Numbered from the stretch's first letter, positions 34,030 through 43,471 are shown. The stretch is 46,571 nt of DNA from Vulcanimicrobiota bacterium (GCA_013044185.1 JABEUX010000022.1:1-46571); one strand, 5' to 3'. Notes: generated from the letters alone by a model not told the origin. Made by a program: numbers and translations.

Positions 34030-37000
34030 GTGGCTGACACCTTGGTGCAGGTGACCCTCCCGGAGATGGGCGAGTCGGTCGCCGAGGGTTCGATTGTCGA
34101 GTGGCGCAAGCGCGTCGGCGATTTTATCGCCGAGGGCGAGCCGCTCGTGGACGTCACCACCGACAAGGTGGATGTCGAAGTGCCCGCCCCTGCCTCCGGC
34201 GTGATCACGAGCCTGCACGGCGACGAGGGGCAGAGCATCGCCGTCGGCGCGCTGCTCGCCGAGATCGATACCTCCGCGAGCGCCGCCGCCGGCAACGGCG
34301 CGACGAACGGCGCCGCGAAGGCCGCCGCCGCTCCTGCTGCCCCCGCCGGGCCGCCGAAGATCGTCGACGTCACCCTGCCCGAGATGGGTGAATCGGTGAC
34401 CGAGGGCTCGGTCGTCGAAGTGCGCGTGAAGGTCGGCGATGCCGTCGCTGCGGGCGATCCGCTCGTCGACGTGACGACCGATAAAGTCGACGTCGAAGTT
34501 CCCGCCCCGGCCGCCGGTGTCATCACCGAGATCCTCGTTGCCGAGGGGCAAACGCTCGCCGTCGGCGCGGTGTTGATGCGCCTCGACGAGAACGCCGCCG
34601 TATCGGCAGCCCCCGCGAAATCCGCGCCCGCTGCAAAACCCGCGGCGAGCGCCGCACCCGTTGCCGTGCCCGTGCGCAGCGGCCCGCTCGCAGCCTCGCA
34701 CCAAGCGCAGCGCGTCGCGCGCAAACTCGAACTCGATCTCGCTTCCGTTCGCGGCACCGGCCCCGACGGCATGGTGCTGCGCGGCGACGTCGCTGCAGCG
34801 GTCGGTAACGGCAGCGCGCGCGCTGCATCGGCGAGCAAGGGCGCGCCGCAGCCTCCGCTCGGAGCCGACGTGAAACGCACGCCGCTGCAAGGCCCCGCCG
34901 CCGCGCTCGTCGGCTACATGGAGCAGAGCCTCAGCATTCCCACCGCGACCTCCTTCCGCACGCTCGGCGTCGACGTTCTCGACGCGCGCCGTCGCGAACT
35001 CAACGCGGCGATCAAAGCGGCGAAGCGCAACGAGAAAATCTCGTTCACGCATCTCATCGCATTTGCGATCGTGCAAGCCGCGAGCGAGATGCCGTTCGTT
35101 ACCTACAGTTTCCGCAGCGAGAACGGGAAGCCGACGCGCGTGGAGCCCGGCGTCCACCTCGGGCTCGCCGTCGATAGCGAACGCAAGGACGGCACGCGTT
35201 TCCTCGTCGTGCCGGTGATCAAGAACGCCGACAAACTCGATTTCGCCGGCTTCGTCGCCGCATACGATGCACTCGTTGCGAAGGCGCGCGAAAATAAACT
35301 CGTCGCCGACGATCTCACCGGGGCGAGCCTCACGCTCACCAACCCCGGCGGCATCGGCACCGTCGCTTCGATTCCGCGCTTGATGGCGGGGCAAGGTTCG
35401 ATTCTCGCTACCGGCGCGATCGGTTACCCGGCTGGCTTCACCAACGTCGACGAGACGACGTTGCGCAGCCTCGGCATCGGCAAAGTGATGCAGATGACCA
35501 ACACCTACGATCACCGCGTCATCCAAGGCGCGCAGTCGGGTGAATTTCTGCGACGCATCGATCGCTTGCTGCAAGGCGAGAGCGAATTTTACGAACGCGC
35601 GTTCTCGACGCTCGCGCTTGTTGCCGGCCCCGCGCCGCAACTCGGCGCGAAGGCACCGGTGCCAATCGCAAGCGCTTCCTCGGGTGCGCCTTCTGACGAG
35701 ATGATGCGCGGTGTCGCCGCTGCCGCCGCGATCGTCGCGGCGTATCGCACGCACGGGCACCTCGCTGCGAATCTCGATCCGCTCGGCTCGACGCCGCCGG
35801 GAGACGAATCGCTCGATCCCGCAACCTACGGGCTCACGCACGCGATGCAGAACGCGATTCCCGCGAGCGTCTTACGCGTGAAGGTGCCGGGGAGCACGCT
35901 CGCCGAGGTGCTGCCGCATCTGCGCGAGACCTACAGCTCGTCGCTCGCGTATGAATTCGAACATATCTCCAACCGCGAACAGCGCCGTTGGATGCGCGAT
36001 GCGATCGAGACCGGTTCGCACCGCACGCCGCTCTCGCGCGAACATCAGCAGCGTTTATTGGAACGATTGACGCGCGGCGAGACCTTCGAACGCTATCTGC
36101 GTAAAACGTATCTCGGGCAGAAGACTTTCTCGGGCGAGGGGCTCGACGCGATGGTGCCGATGCTCGAAGAGATGCTCGAACGCTTCGCAGCCGAGGGCGT
36201 TGCGAATGCCGTGCTCGGTATGGCGCATCGCGGCCGCCTCAATGTCATCGCGCACGTCGTCAATCTTCCTTACGACGAACTTCTTGGTGAGTTCGAGGCC
36301 GCGCATCAACGCGGCGAAGTCGGCGACGACGATGTCACCGGCGACGTGAAGTACCATCAGGGCGCAACCGGCGTCTATCGCTCGCACGACGGGCGCGACA
36401 TTACGGTGATTCTCGCGCATAACCCGAGCCATCTCGAGGCGGTCGATCCGGTCGTCGAAGGCTCGGCGCGTGCGTTGCAGAGCGATCACGGCGCGGGTGC
36501 ACCCGTGCGCGACGGCAATCGCGCGGTGCCGGTTCTCATTCACGGCGACGCTGCATTCACGGGGCAAGGCATCATCTCCGAAGTCTTCAACCTGCAGTCG
36601 CTCGCCGGTTACACCACCGACGGCACCGTGCATATCATCGCTAACAACCAAGTCGGCTTCACTACCGATCCGCACGACGACCGTTCGACGCGCTACGCCT
36701 CCGATCTCGCGAAAGGCTTCGACGTTCCGATCGTGCACGTCAACGCCGATGATGTCGATGCCTGTATCGATGCGGTCCGTCTGGCGGTCGATTTCCGGCG
36801 CCAGTTTCAGCGCGACGTCATCATCGATCTCATCGGCTACCGTCGCTTCGGACATAACGAGCAGGACGAACCGGCATACACGCAGCCGTTGCTCTACGAT
36901 AAAATCAAAACCCATCCCACGGCGCGCGAACTCTTCGCGAACAAACTCGTCGCGCAGGGAATCGTCACCGCCGAACGTGCGAACGAGATGATCGAGCAAG

Positions 37001-38265
37001 CGACGGCGGCGTTGCAGAGCGCGAACGCGCGCGTGAAGGCCGACGGCGGCAAGAGCCTCATCGAAAAAATCGCGCAGTCGACGCCGATCGAAACGGTGGC
37101 GTTGCAGCCGATCGACCGCAAGCAGTTGCTTGCGTGGAGCGAGGATGTCGTGCGCGTCCCGGGCGACTTCACCGTCAACAAGAAACTCATCGCACAGTTC
37201 CAGCGCCGTCGCGCGCTGATCGCCGAGAAGGGGCTCGTCGATTGGGGAATGGCCGAAGCGCTCGCGTTCGCATCGTTGGTCACCTCCGGGGTGCCGGTGC
37301 GCATCACGGGGCAAGACACCGGGCGCGGCACCTTTAGCCACCGCCATGCGGTGCTGCACGATGTGGCGACGAACGCCTCGTACGCGCCGCTCGCGCATCT
37401 CGCCGATGCGAAGGCCTCGTTCGAGATTCACAATAGTCCGCTCTCGGAGTATGCGTGCCTCGGTTTCGAATACGGCTACGCAGTAACGTTACCGAAAGCG
37501 CTGGTGCTCTGGGAAGCGCAATTCGGCGACTTCGTCAACGGCGCCGAGATCATCATCGATCAATTCATCGCCGCCGGCCAGGCGAAATGGGGGCAGACCT
37601 CGCGGCTCACGATGCTGCTGCCGCACGGCTACGAAGGTATGGGCCCCGAACATTCCAGCGCGCGCCTCGAACGCTTCTTGCAGCTCGCCGCCGAAGGCAA
37701 CCTTCGCGTTGCCTACCCATCGACGGCGGGGAATTACTTCCATTTGTTACGTTTGCAGGCGGGTTCGCCCAATCCGGTGCCGTTAGTGGTGATGACGCCG
37801 AAGTCGTTGTTGCGTCTCGAAAGCGCCTATGGCGAGATCGACCAGATGGCGACGGGCTCGTTCCAACCGGTGATCGACGATCCCAGCGTCACCGATAAAT
37901 CGACGATCGAGCGCATCGTGCTCTGCACCGGTAAGATCTATCACGATCTCGTTGCGGCGCCGCAGTACGCGGACCGCAGCAAGACGGCGATCGTGCGTAT
38001 CGAGCTGCTCTCACCGATGCCGGGTGCGGAGATGAACGCGCTGCTCGCAACCTATCCGAAGCTCAAGCGTCTGGTCTGGGTGCAAGAAGAGCCGAAGAAC
38101 ATGGGTGCGCGCGCGTACGTACGGCGGCGTTTGCTCGAACGGCTCGAACGCCCGCTCGAAATCGATTACGTCGGGCGCCCGTATCGCGCGAGTCCCTCCG
38201 AAGGGTATCCGGGCGCACACGCGGTCGAACAGGAACGAGTGATCGCCGCCGCGCTGAAAGGGTAA
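34030..38265 (+). CDS. odhA: Fused 2-oxoglutarate dehydrogenase: two lipoyl domains + E3-binding domain + E2o-type acyltransferase core + E1o (SucA/OdhA/Kgd-like)
   Basis: - Two lipoyl domains: two copies of LPEMGESV.EG.....V.VGD....G.PLVDVTTDKVDVEVPAPA.GVI, with lipoyl-Lys codons at about 34165 and 34483.
- PSBD: ASHQAQRVARKLELDLASVRGTGPDGMVLRGDV.
- E2 core ending in TNTYDHRVIQGAQSGEFL.
- E1o motifs: LEHISNREQRRW, HGDAAFTGQG, GYRRFGHNEQDEPAYTQP, FSHRHAVL, LWEAQFGDFVNGA, LLPHGYEGMGPEHSSARLERFLQ.

A single uninterrupted 1411-codon frame with a GTG start. Confidence 0.9.
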   Translation: MADTLVQVTLPEMGESVAEGSIVEWRKRVGDFIAEGEPLVDVTTDKVDVEVPAPASGVITSLHGDEGQSIAVGALLAEIDTSASAAAGNGATNGAAKAAAAPAAPAGPPKIVDVTLPEMGESVTEGSVVEVRVKVGDAVAAGDPLVDVTTDKVDVEVPAPAAGVITEILVAEGQTLAVGAVLMRLDENAAVSAAPAKSAPAAKPAASAAPVAVPVRSGPLAASHQAQRVARKLELDLASVRGTGPDGMVLRGDVAAAVGNGSARAASASKGAPQPPLGADVKRTPLQGPAAALVGYMEQSLSIPTATSFRTLGVDVLDARRRELNAAIKAAKRNEKISFTHLIAFAIVQAASEMPFVTYSFRSENGKPTRVEPGVHLGLAVDSERKDGTRFLVVPVIKNADKLDFAGFVAAYDALVAKARENKLVADDLTGASLTLTNPGGIGTVASIPRLMAGQGSILATGAIGYPAGFTNVDETTLRSLGIGKVMQMTNTYDHRVIQGAQSGEFLRRIDRLLQGESEFYERAFSTLALVAGPAPQLGAKAPVPIASASSGAPSDEMMRGVAAAAAIVAAYRTHGHLAANLDPLGSTPPGDESLDPATYGLTHAMQNAIPASVLRVKVPGSTLAEVLPHLRETYSSSLAYEFEHISNREQRRWMRDAIETGSHRTPLSREHQQRLLERLTRGETFERYLRKTYLGQKTFSGEGLDAMVPMLEEMLERFAAEGVANAVLGMAHRGRLNVIAHVVNLPYDELLGEFEAAHQRGEVGDDDVTGDVKYHQGATGVYRSHDGRDITVILAHNPSHLEAVDPVVEGSARALQSDHGAGAPVRDGNRAVPVLIHGDAAFTGQGIISEVFNLQSLAGYTTDGTVHIIANNQVGFTTDPHDDRSTRYASDLAKGFDVPIVHVNADDVDACIDAVRLAVDFRRQFQRDVIIDLIGYRRFGHNEQDEPAYTQPLLYDKIKTHPTARELFANKLVAQGIVTAERANEMIEQATAALQSANARVKADGGKSLIEKIAQSTPIETVALQPIDRKQLLAWSEDVVRVPGDFTVNKKLIAQFQRRRALIAEKGLVDWGMAEALAFASLVTSGVPVRITGQDTGRGTFSHRHAVLHDVATNASYAPLAHLADAKASFEIHNSPLSEYACLGFEYGYAVTLPKALVLWEAQFGDFVNGAEIIIDQFIAAGQAKWGQTSRLTMLLPHGYEGMGPEHSSARLERFLQLAAEGNLRVAYPSTAGNYFHLLRLQAGSPNPVPLVVMTPKSLLRLESAYGEIDQMATGSFQPVIDDPSVTDKSTIERIVLCTGKIYHDLVAAPQYADRSKTAIVRIELLSPMPGAEMNALLATYPKLKRLVWVQEEPKNMGARAYVRRRLLERLERPLEIDYVGRPYRASPSEGYPGAHAVEQERVIAAALKG

Positions 38266-38301
38266 GCGCTACCCTACGGCGCGGCTCGGCGGCCCTTTCG
38301 G

Positions 38302-39033
38302 TTAGAGGTTTGCGAGTCTGCCGCCGTCGACGACGAGCGTGGTGCCGTTGACGAACGCGGCCTCGCTCGATGCGAGGAAACAGATCGCGGCGGCGAGATC
38401 TTCGGGTTTGCCGATTGCGCCGGTGACCTTTTCCGCGCCGCTTTTGACGTTAGGGTTGTTCCACAACATCGGCGTATCGACCGCGCCCGGAGCGACGGCG
38501 TTCACGCGAATCTTCCGCGCGGTGAGCTCGATGCTTAGCCCGCGCGTGAATGCCTCGATGGCGCCCTTCGACGAAGCGTAAGGAACGACGTTCGCCGTCG
38601 TCGCGTGCGCGTGAACCGAACTCAAATTGACGATTGCGCCGCCATCGTTCATATGCGGCACGCCGTACTTACAGAAATAAAAGACCGAACCGAGATTCGT
38701 CGTGATGACGTGAAAGAAATCGGCCTCCGCAATATCGACGATCGGCGTAAACGTCATCATCGCGGCGTCGTTGACGATCGCATCGATCGGCCCGTAGGCC
38801 GCAACCGTCTTGGCGATAACGGCCTGCACCTGCGCCGAGTCGCCGACATCGACGGCAACCGCGAGCGCCGTTCCGCCGGCGGCGACGATGCTATCGACGG
38901 TTGTTTGCGCCGATTCCACATGCAGGTCGGCGACCACCACCCGCGCACCTTCGCGGGCGAATTGCAAGCAGGCGGCCATGCCGATTCCCGACCCGCCCCC
39001 GGTCACAATACAGGTTTTGTTCGTAAATCTCAT
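38302..39033 (-). CDS. Short-chain dehydrogenase/reductase (FabG-like)
   Basis: TGGGSGIGMA (TGxxxGIG). NDAA (NNAG-type position). Catalytic S...Y..SK in SSVHAH...PYASSKGA. PGAVDTPM. Confidence 0.9.
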   Translation of the reverse strand: MRFTNKTCIVTGGGSGIGMAACLQFAREGARVVVADLHVESAQTTVDSIVAAGGTALAVAVDVGDSAQVQAVIAKTVAAYGPIDAIVNDAAMMTFTPIVDIAEADFFHVITTNLGSVFYFCKYGVPHMNDGGAIVNLSSVHAHATTANVVPYASSKGAIEAFTRGLSIELTARKIRVNAVAPGAVDTPMLWNNPNVKSGAEKVTGAIGKPEDLAAAICFLASSEAAFVNGTTLVVDGGRLANL

Positions 39034-39115
39034 GATGCGCTCTGGCTTCTGCCCGCATCCGCATCGCTCCGCCTTTCACGGCGGAGCTCTTCGCGCCGCG
39101 GCGAAACTTCGCCGA

Positions 39116-41245
39116 ATGAGCGATAGCATGCATTTCGGCGTCGCGACGGCCGACCACCAATGCGAGGCCTACGACGGCAACGACGATATTCGCGACCTCT
39201 GGGAACGCTCGCGGGGACTCACCGAACGCGGCAACGCGACCGATTTTTGGAATCGCTATCGCGAAGATATCGATCTCGCGAAAGGGCTCGGCTGCACGAT
39301 CTTCCGGCTCTCGCTCTCGTGGGCGCGCTTAGAACCCGAACCGGGGCGCTGGAGCGACGAGGGGTTCGCTCACTATCGGGAGCTGCTCGAATATCTGCGC
39401 GCCGCAGGCATGCAGGCGGTCGTTACCCTCCATCACAATACCTGGCCGTTGCACGTGCAGGCTGCGGGCGACGGCGCGGGTTTGCTGGATACGGGCTTTC
39501 CCGATCTCATGGCCGGCTACGCGCAGCAGGTCGCCCATCGTCTCGGCGATCTCATCGATTATTACGTCACGCTCAACGAGCCGAATCAACTCGTCTACGG
39601 CTTTATCAAAGGCTTTTGGATGCGTGCCTACCCGATGCCGCCGGGGCAACCACCCGATACGATCCCCGAGGCGCAGATGGATGCGGTGCTGCGCCTGATT
39701 CCGAACCTTTTGCTCGCGCATGCTCGCTCGCGCGCCGCGATCCGTGCGATCGTACCAAACGCGAAGGTCGGCGCGAACCCGCTGGTCTTGGGCTTGCCGG
39801 GGTGGTTGCAAAAACTCGTCGACCGCGGCGCGACGCATGCAAAGTCGCCGGAGCAGTTACGGAAGCACGCCTCGCGCATCGTGCAGGCGAGCATTGTGGA
39901 AAACGGTCGCGTCGATTGTTCGGTCGCACAGGTTGCAATTACGCACGAGCGTATGGAGCAGGTGCTTTTTTCGGAGCCGTATTTCGCAACCCACGCAGCG
40001 GCGCTCCACCCGAAGAGCGCAGAGCTTCCGGCCTCGCTCGCAAATTGGAAAGCAACGATTGGCGTGCTGAAGAGTTCGGAGGCCTCCGAGAGCGTTGGCG
40101 CGCGTTTTCCCGATGCAACGGTGTTGTATTTCGCCGACCTTACCGCGGGGCTCGCCGCGCTCCGCGCGGGCTCGATTGCGCTCCTTTATAGCGACGAAGC
40201 CTTGGTCGCTCCGTATGCAAACGGCGAGCTCGCGATCGCCCGGCTTCCGGGATATGCGCGCCATTACGCCGTCGCCGTGCCGCCCGGACATCACGCGCTG
40301 CTCGACGCCATCGACCGTGCCATCGAGAGACTTCGTTCGCAGCACCCCGAGATGCCGCACGCGCACGGGCGCGCAACCGTCCATCACATCGGCCGCACGG
40401 CGCTCGTCGCGCCACCCGATCCGCAACGCGCGATCGGTGCCTCCGTCGTCCAGATTCGCAAACGCGGGAAGATGCGCATCGGTATTCACCCCGGCGTACC
40501 CGGACTCTGCGAAGCGGACGGAAAGGGCGGCTACCGCGGCCTCGAGATCGATCTCGCGCACGCGATCGCTCGCGAAGTGTTGCAGAGCGATACCCCGCGC
40601 ATCGAGTTCGTCGCCCTCGGACAGAGCGAGCGCATCTCCGCAACGCGTTCGTGGTTGCAGATCTTCGATAAATGGCGTCGGACGCTCGCGATGTTCGGCA
40701 CGTTGATTGGAACCAATTGGTGGAACCTTGCGATGCTCGGAGCGCTCCCCGAATTTCTCTGCCCGCGCGAATGCGTCGGAACGCTCGATTTCGTCGGGCT
40801 CGATTACTATTGGGGCGTGCCCTCGATTCGCCCCGGGGAGCTTCAGCGGCTCGGTGCGGCGGCGGAGTGTCGATATGCGCAGGCGCCGGTCTGGCCGGGC
40901 GAGCTCGAGCGCATTTTGCGCCAAGCACACGAACAGTTTCCCGACAAGCCGATCGTCGTTATCGAGAACGGCTGCGTCACCAGTGCCGACGGCTTCTCGC
41001 GTGCCGCCTATCTCGCCGCGCACGTCGCCGAAGTCGATCGTGCGATCGCGGCGGGTGTTCCGGTCGAGGCCTATCTCTGCTGGAGCATTACCTCGAATCG
41101 CGAATGGGGCTTACCCTTCGACGACAATAGCGATTTCGGGCTCTACCATATCGACCTCGACAACGATCCCGCATTGAAGCGCACGCCGACCGAGGCGAGC
41201 GCGCGCTACGCCGAGATTATCGCGAAGCATCGGACGACGGAGTAA
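39116..41245 (+). CDS. Glycoside hydrolase family 1-like protein interrupted by a solute-binding (SBP_bac_3/PBP2-type) insertion
   Basis: - GH1 N-terminal half: FGVATADHQCE, FRLSLSWARLEP, VTLHHNTWPLH, acid/base YVTLNEPN.
- GH1 C-terminal half: LDFVGLDYYW, nucleophile PIVVIENG, YLCWSITSNREWGLPFDDNSDFGLYHID.
- Inserted between them (about aa 235-550): amino-acid-binding-protein-like segments GRVDCSVAQVAITHERMEQVLFSEPYF...IGVLKSS...ALRAGSIALLYSDE...YAVAVPPGHHALLDAIDRAI, and later KMRIGIHPGVPGLCEADGKGGYRGLEIDLAHAIAREVL...IEFVAL.

Start at ATG 39116 (or 39128). Confidence 0.75.
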   Translation: MSDSMHFGVATADHQCEAYDGNDDIRDLWERSRGLTERGNATDFWNRYREDIDLAKGLGCTIFRLSLSWARLEPEPGRWSDEGFAHYRELLEYLRAAGMQAVVTLHHNTWPLHVQAAGDGAGLLDTGFPDLMAGYAQQVAHRLGDLIDYYVTLNEPNQLVYGFIKGFWMRAYPMPPGQPPDTIPEAQMDAVLRLIPNLLLAHARSRAAIRAIVPNAKVGANPLVLGLPGWLQKLVDRGATHAKSPEQLRKHASRIVQASIVENGRVDCSVAQVAITHERMEQVLFSEPYFATHAAALHPKSAELPASLANWKATIGVLKSSEASESVGARFPDATVLYFADLTAGLAALRAGSIALLYSDEALVAPYANGELAIARLPGYARHYAVAVPPGHHALLDAIDRAIERLRSQHPEMPHAHGRATVHHIGRTALVAPPDPQRAIGASVVQIRKRGKMRIGIHPGVPGLCEADGKGGYRGLEIDLAHAIAREVLQSDTPRIEFVALGQSERISATRSWLQIFDKWRRTLAMFGTLIGTNWWNLAMLGALPEFLCPRECVGTLDFVGLDYYWGVPSIRPGELQRLGAAAECRYAQAPVWPGELERILRQAHEQFPDKPIVVIENGCVTSADGFSRAAYLAAHVAEVDRAIAAGVPVEAYLCWSITSNREWGLPFDDNSDFGLYHIDLDNDPALKRTPTEASARYAEIIAKHRTTE

Positions 41246-41789
41246 GGGCTCGCGCCATCGCCGGATCGGCGAGCACATCGGCGAGCGAACGCGCGAGCCG
41301 AACGCGGCCGTAGCTTTCGATCGTCAGGAGATCGTCGTCGAGCATTCGCTGGAGCAGTCCCATCAGCGGTGCGAAAAAATCGCCGTTATCGAGCAGGGCA
41401 ATCGGTTTTTGATGATAGCCGAGTTGTTGCCAAGTAAGGGCTTCAAAGAGCTCGTCCATCGTTCCGAAGCCGCCGGGAAGCGCGAGAAATGCATCGGAGA
41501 GATTTCCCATCATCGCTTTGCGTTCGTGCATCGAGATCACGACGTGCAGCGCCGTTAACCCCTGGTGCGCGACTTCCGCTCTTTCTAGCGCGTGTGGAAT
41601 GATGCCGGTAACTTCGCCGCCCGCCGCAAGGGCCGCATCGGCGAGCGCTCCCATCATTCCCACGCGCCCGCCGCCATAGACGATGCCGATGCCGCGCTCG
41701 GCGAGCTCCGTGCCGACGCTGCGAGCAAGGGAAAGGAAGGTATCATCGCGCCCCGGCCGCGAGCCGCAAAACACGCAAATTCTCTTCAT
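41217..41789 (-). CDS. LOG-family (TIGR00730) nucleotide 5'-monophosphate nucleosidase
   Basis: MKRICVFCGS....LA...G..LA.RGIGIVYGGG.VGMMG, and the PGGFGTMDELFE (PGGxGTxxE) motif. Confidence 0.9.
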   Translation of the reverse strand: MKRICVFCGSRPGRDDTFLSLARSVGTELAERGIGIVYGGGRVGMMGALADAALAAGGEVTGIIPHALERAEVAHQGLTALHVVISMHERKAMMGNLSDAFLALPGGFGTMDELFEALTWQQLGYHQKPIALLDNGDFFAPLMGLLQRMLDDDLLTIESYGRVRLARSLADVLADPAMARALTPSSDASR

Positions 41790-41843
41790 CGCAACCTCAC
41801 GAATTGTACGTTTGGGAACGCGAGGCCTGGTGCGCGGGAGCGA

Positions 41844-42914
41844 TTAGACGCCGTACACCACTTGGTTTTCGACCGAGGCGCCGTTGGGTGAGACTGAAGT
41901 CAGAATGACGCGGATCTGGCCGCCTCCGAGCACGTTGAGGGAGATCGGCACGTTGAAATTTCCGTTTGAATCGGCCGTAACGTCGGATTGGAACGTCCCC
42001 GTTCCGATCTGAAAGAGGCCGCCGATCGTACTGGTGCCGGTCGCGACGATGTGGATCTGCGAATTCGGTAGCGTGCGGCCGCTGAGCGTAAACGAACTTC
42101 CCGTGCGCGTGTTCGGTGCCGGCGAAACGTTGACGATATAATTTTGCGCCGTACTCGTGGCCGTATTGGAGGTATAAAAGGTCCATCCGGTATTAAACGA
42201 CGCGCCGTTCGAGGTGGTACCGCTCACGTTAACGTTGTGGCTGCCGGGATTGAGTGCGAAGCCCGGGGTAACGTCGAAACCGCTTGCATTGGTATAGACC
42301 AGCGAAGTCACGTCGTTTCCGTCGACGCTGACATGTAAAGAATTGAGATCGACCTGTTGGTTGAACGTCGCATGAATTTTCGGATGCGTCGTTTTCACCG
42401 TTGCGCCGTTCGCCGGGTGCTCGTTATTTAAGTAAAACGATTGGTAGCTCGGTGTCTGCGTTGCGTAGGGTTGCGGGGTTGAGGTGTTGCTGTTCCCCGA
42501 CGTCCCAATATACACGGTCGAGGTGTTGCCGTTCCAGTTCACGTTCGCGCCAAGAGCTTGGGCGACGAAACGAAGCGGAACCTCCGTTCGTCCGTTCACC
42601 AAAAACGGCGCGACATCCATCGTTAGCGGATTCCCATTGACCGATGCATTGAGCGAGCCGATCGCAAGATGCACGGAGCGTCCGTTCCCTTGGGCATTGA
42701 TATTCCCATTCGAGTACGACACGGTCGATCCGAGGCGCTCGAATATCGCGCGCATCGGGACAAAGACTCGATTGTTCACCATCACCGGAGCCTGGTCGAA
42801 GGACATCACCTGTCCGTTCACCACGACGGTAACGTTTTGAGCGGCCGCGGGAACGAGAGCGAGCGAACCGACGAGCAGTGTGGTGGCAAAGGCAATACGA
42901 GCAGTGAATTTCAT
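41844..42914 (-). CDS. Secreted protein with a copper amine oxidase N-terminal (stalk-like) domain and Ig-like repeats
   Basis: The ATG at 42914 gives signal peptide MKFTARIAFATTLLVGSLALVPAAAQ. Then VVVNGQVMSFDQAPVMVNNRVFVPMRAIFERLG...VNGRTEVPLRFVAQALGANVNW (Cu_amine_oxidN1-type repeat). The rest is beta-rich Thr/Asn/Ser sequence. The track's 43247 start adds an Arg-rich leader with no support. Confidence 0.7.
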   Translation of the reverse strand: MKFTARIAFATTLLVGSLALVPAAAQNVTVVVNGQVMSFDQAPVMVNNRVFVPMRAIFERLGSTVSYSNGNINAQGNGRSVHLAIGSLNASVNGNPLTMDVAPFLVNGRTEVPLRFVAQALGANVNWNGNTSTVYIGTSGNSNTSTPQPYATQTPSYQSFYLNNEHPANGATVKTTHPKIHATFNQQVDLNSLHVSVDGNDVTSLVYTNASGFDVTPGFALNPGSHNVNVSGTTSNGASFNTGWTFYTSNTATSTAQNYIVNVSPAPNTRTGSSFTLSGRTLPNSQIHIVATGTSTIGGLFQIGTGTFQSDVTADSNGNFNVPISLNVLGGGQIRVILTSVSPNGASVENQVVYGV

Positions 42915-43042
42915 GATTGGGCGATCCTCCGGGCGCCGAGCGTAGCACCTTTTCGAAAGGACGGCTGTGTAAAAGTGACCGCCCGGCTGCCCGCTGGAGG
43001 GTCGGGGGGAGCGATAGAAGGCGCTTTTGAACCTCTCGTGCC

Positions 43043-43381
43043 GTGAGCGACCAAAACCGCAGACTCGTCTACTCCAGCGAGGGTGGGGCGATCGATCTCC
43101 AGGCGAAGCCCCGCCCGGGAGGTAGGACGCACGGCAAACCTCTGCCGCCTGAGGACGGCGTGATCCGAGTCGCGCGCGAGCGGCGCCGCGCGAGTACCGC
43201 GAGCATTGTTTACGGCGTTCCCGAACGCGAGCTCGCGACCACTGCAAAGGCGCTCAAGCAACTCTGCGGTTGCGGAGGAACGGCGAAGAACGGCGTTATC
43301 GAGATCCAGGGCGATCACCGCGAGCGCATCGTCGCATGGTTCGCAGCACGCGGGAAAATCGCAAAACTCGCGGGCGGGTAA
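43043..43381 (+). CDS. yciH: SUI1/YciH-family translation initiation factor-like protein
   Basis: LVYSSEGG....G.IRV.RE.R.....T.V.G......EL..LAK.LK..CGCGGTAKNGVIEIQGDHRERIV..F..RG is the typical YciH/eIF1 layout. GTG start. Confidence 0.85.
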   Translation: MSDQNRRLVYSSEGGAIDLQAKPRPGGRTHGKPLPPEDGVIRVARERRRASTASIVYGVPERELATTAKALKQLCGCGGTAKNGVIEIQGDHRERIVAWFAARGKIAKLAGG

Positions 43382-43471
43382 CGCGCGTCTATCCACGCTC
43401 TTTGAGGAAAAATTGATCGAAGCGACCCTCACCATGTGAAACCCCGCCGAAGATGGCGCCGTATAAGCGGC

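Noticed and set aside
33739-35841. An 832-aa minus-strand ORF (track 33343..35841) that would be the second-largest protein in the window.
   Set aside because: It lies antisense to the clearly real odhA-like gene. Its translation is Arg/Ala/Gly-rich low-complexity sequence with no motifs, which is typical of high-GC shadow frames. Only its last ~130 codons (33343-33738), outside the odhA-like gene, are kept as a possible small secreted protein.
41217-41245. A 29-nt convergent overlap between the GH1-like gene's 3' end and the LOG gene's 3' end.
   Set aside because: Convergent 3' overlaps of this size are common in compact high-GC genomes. There is no sign of a functional element, though it implies there is no room for a terminator between the two genes.
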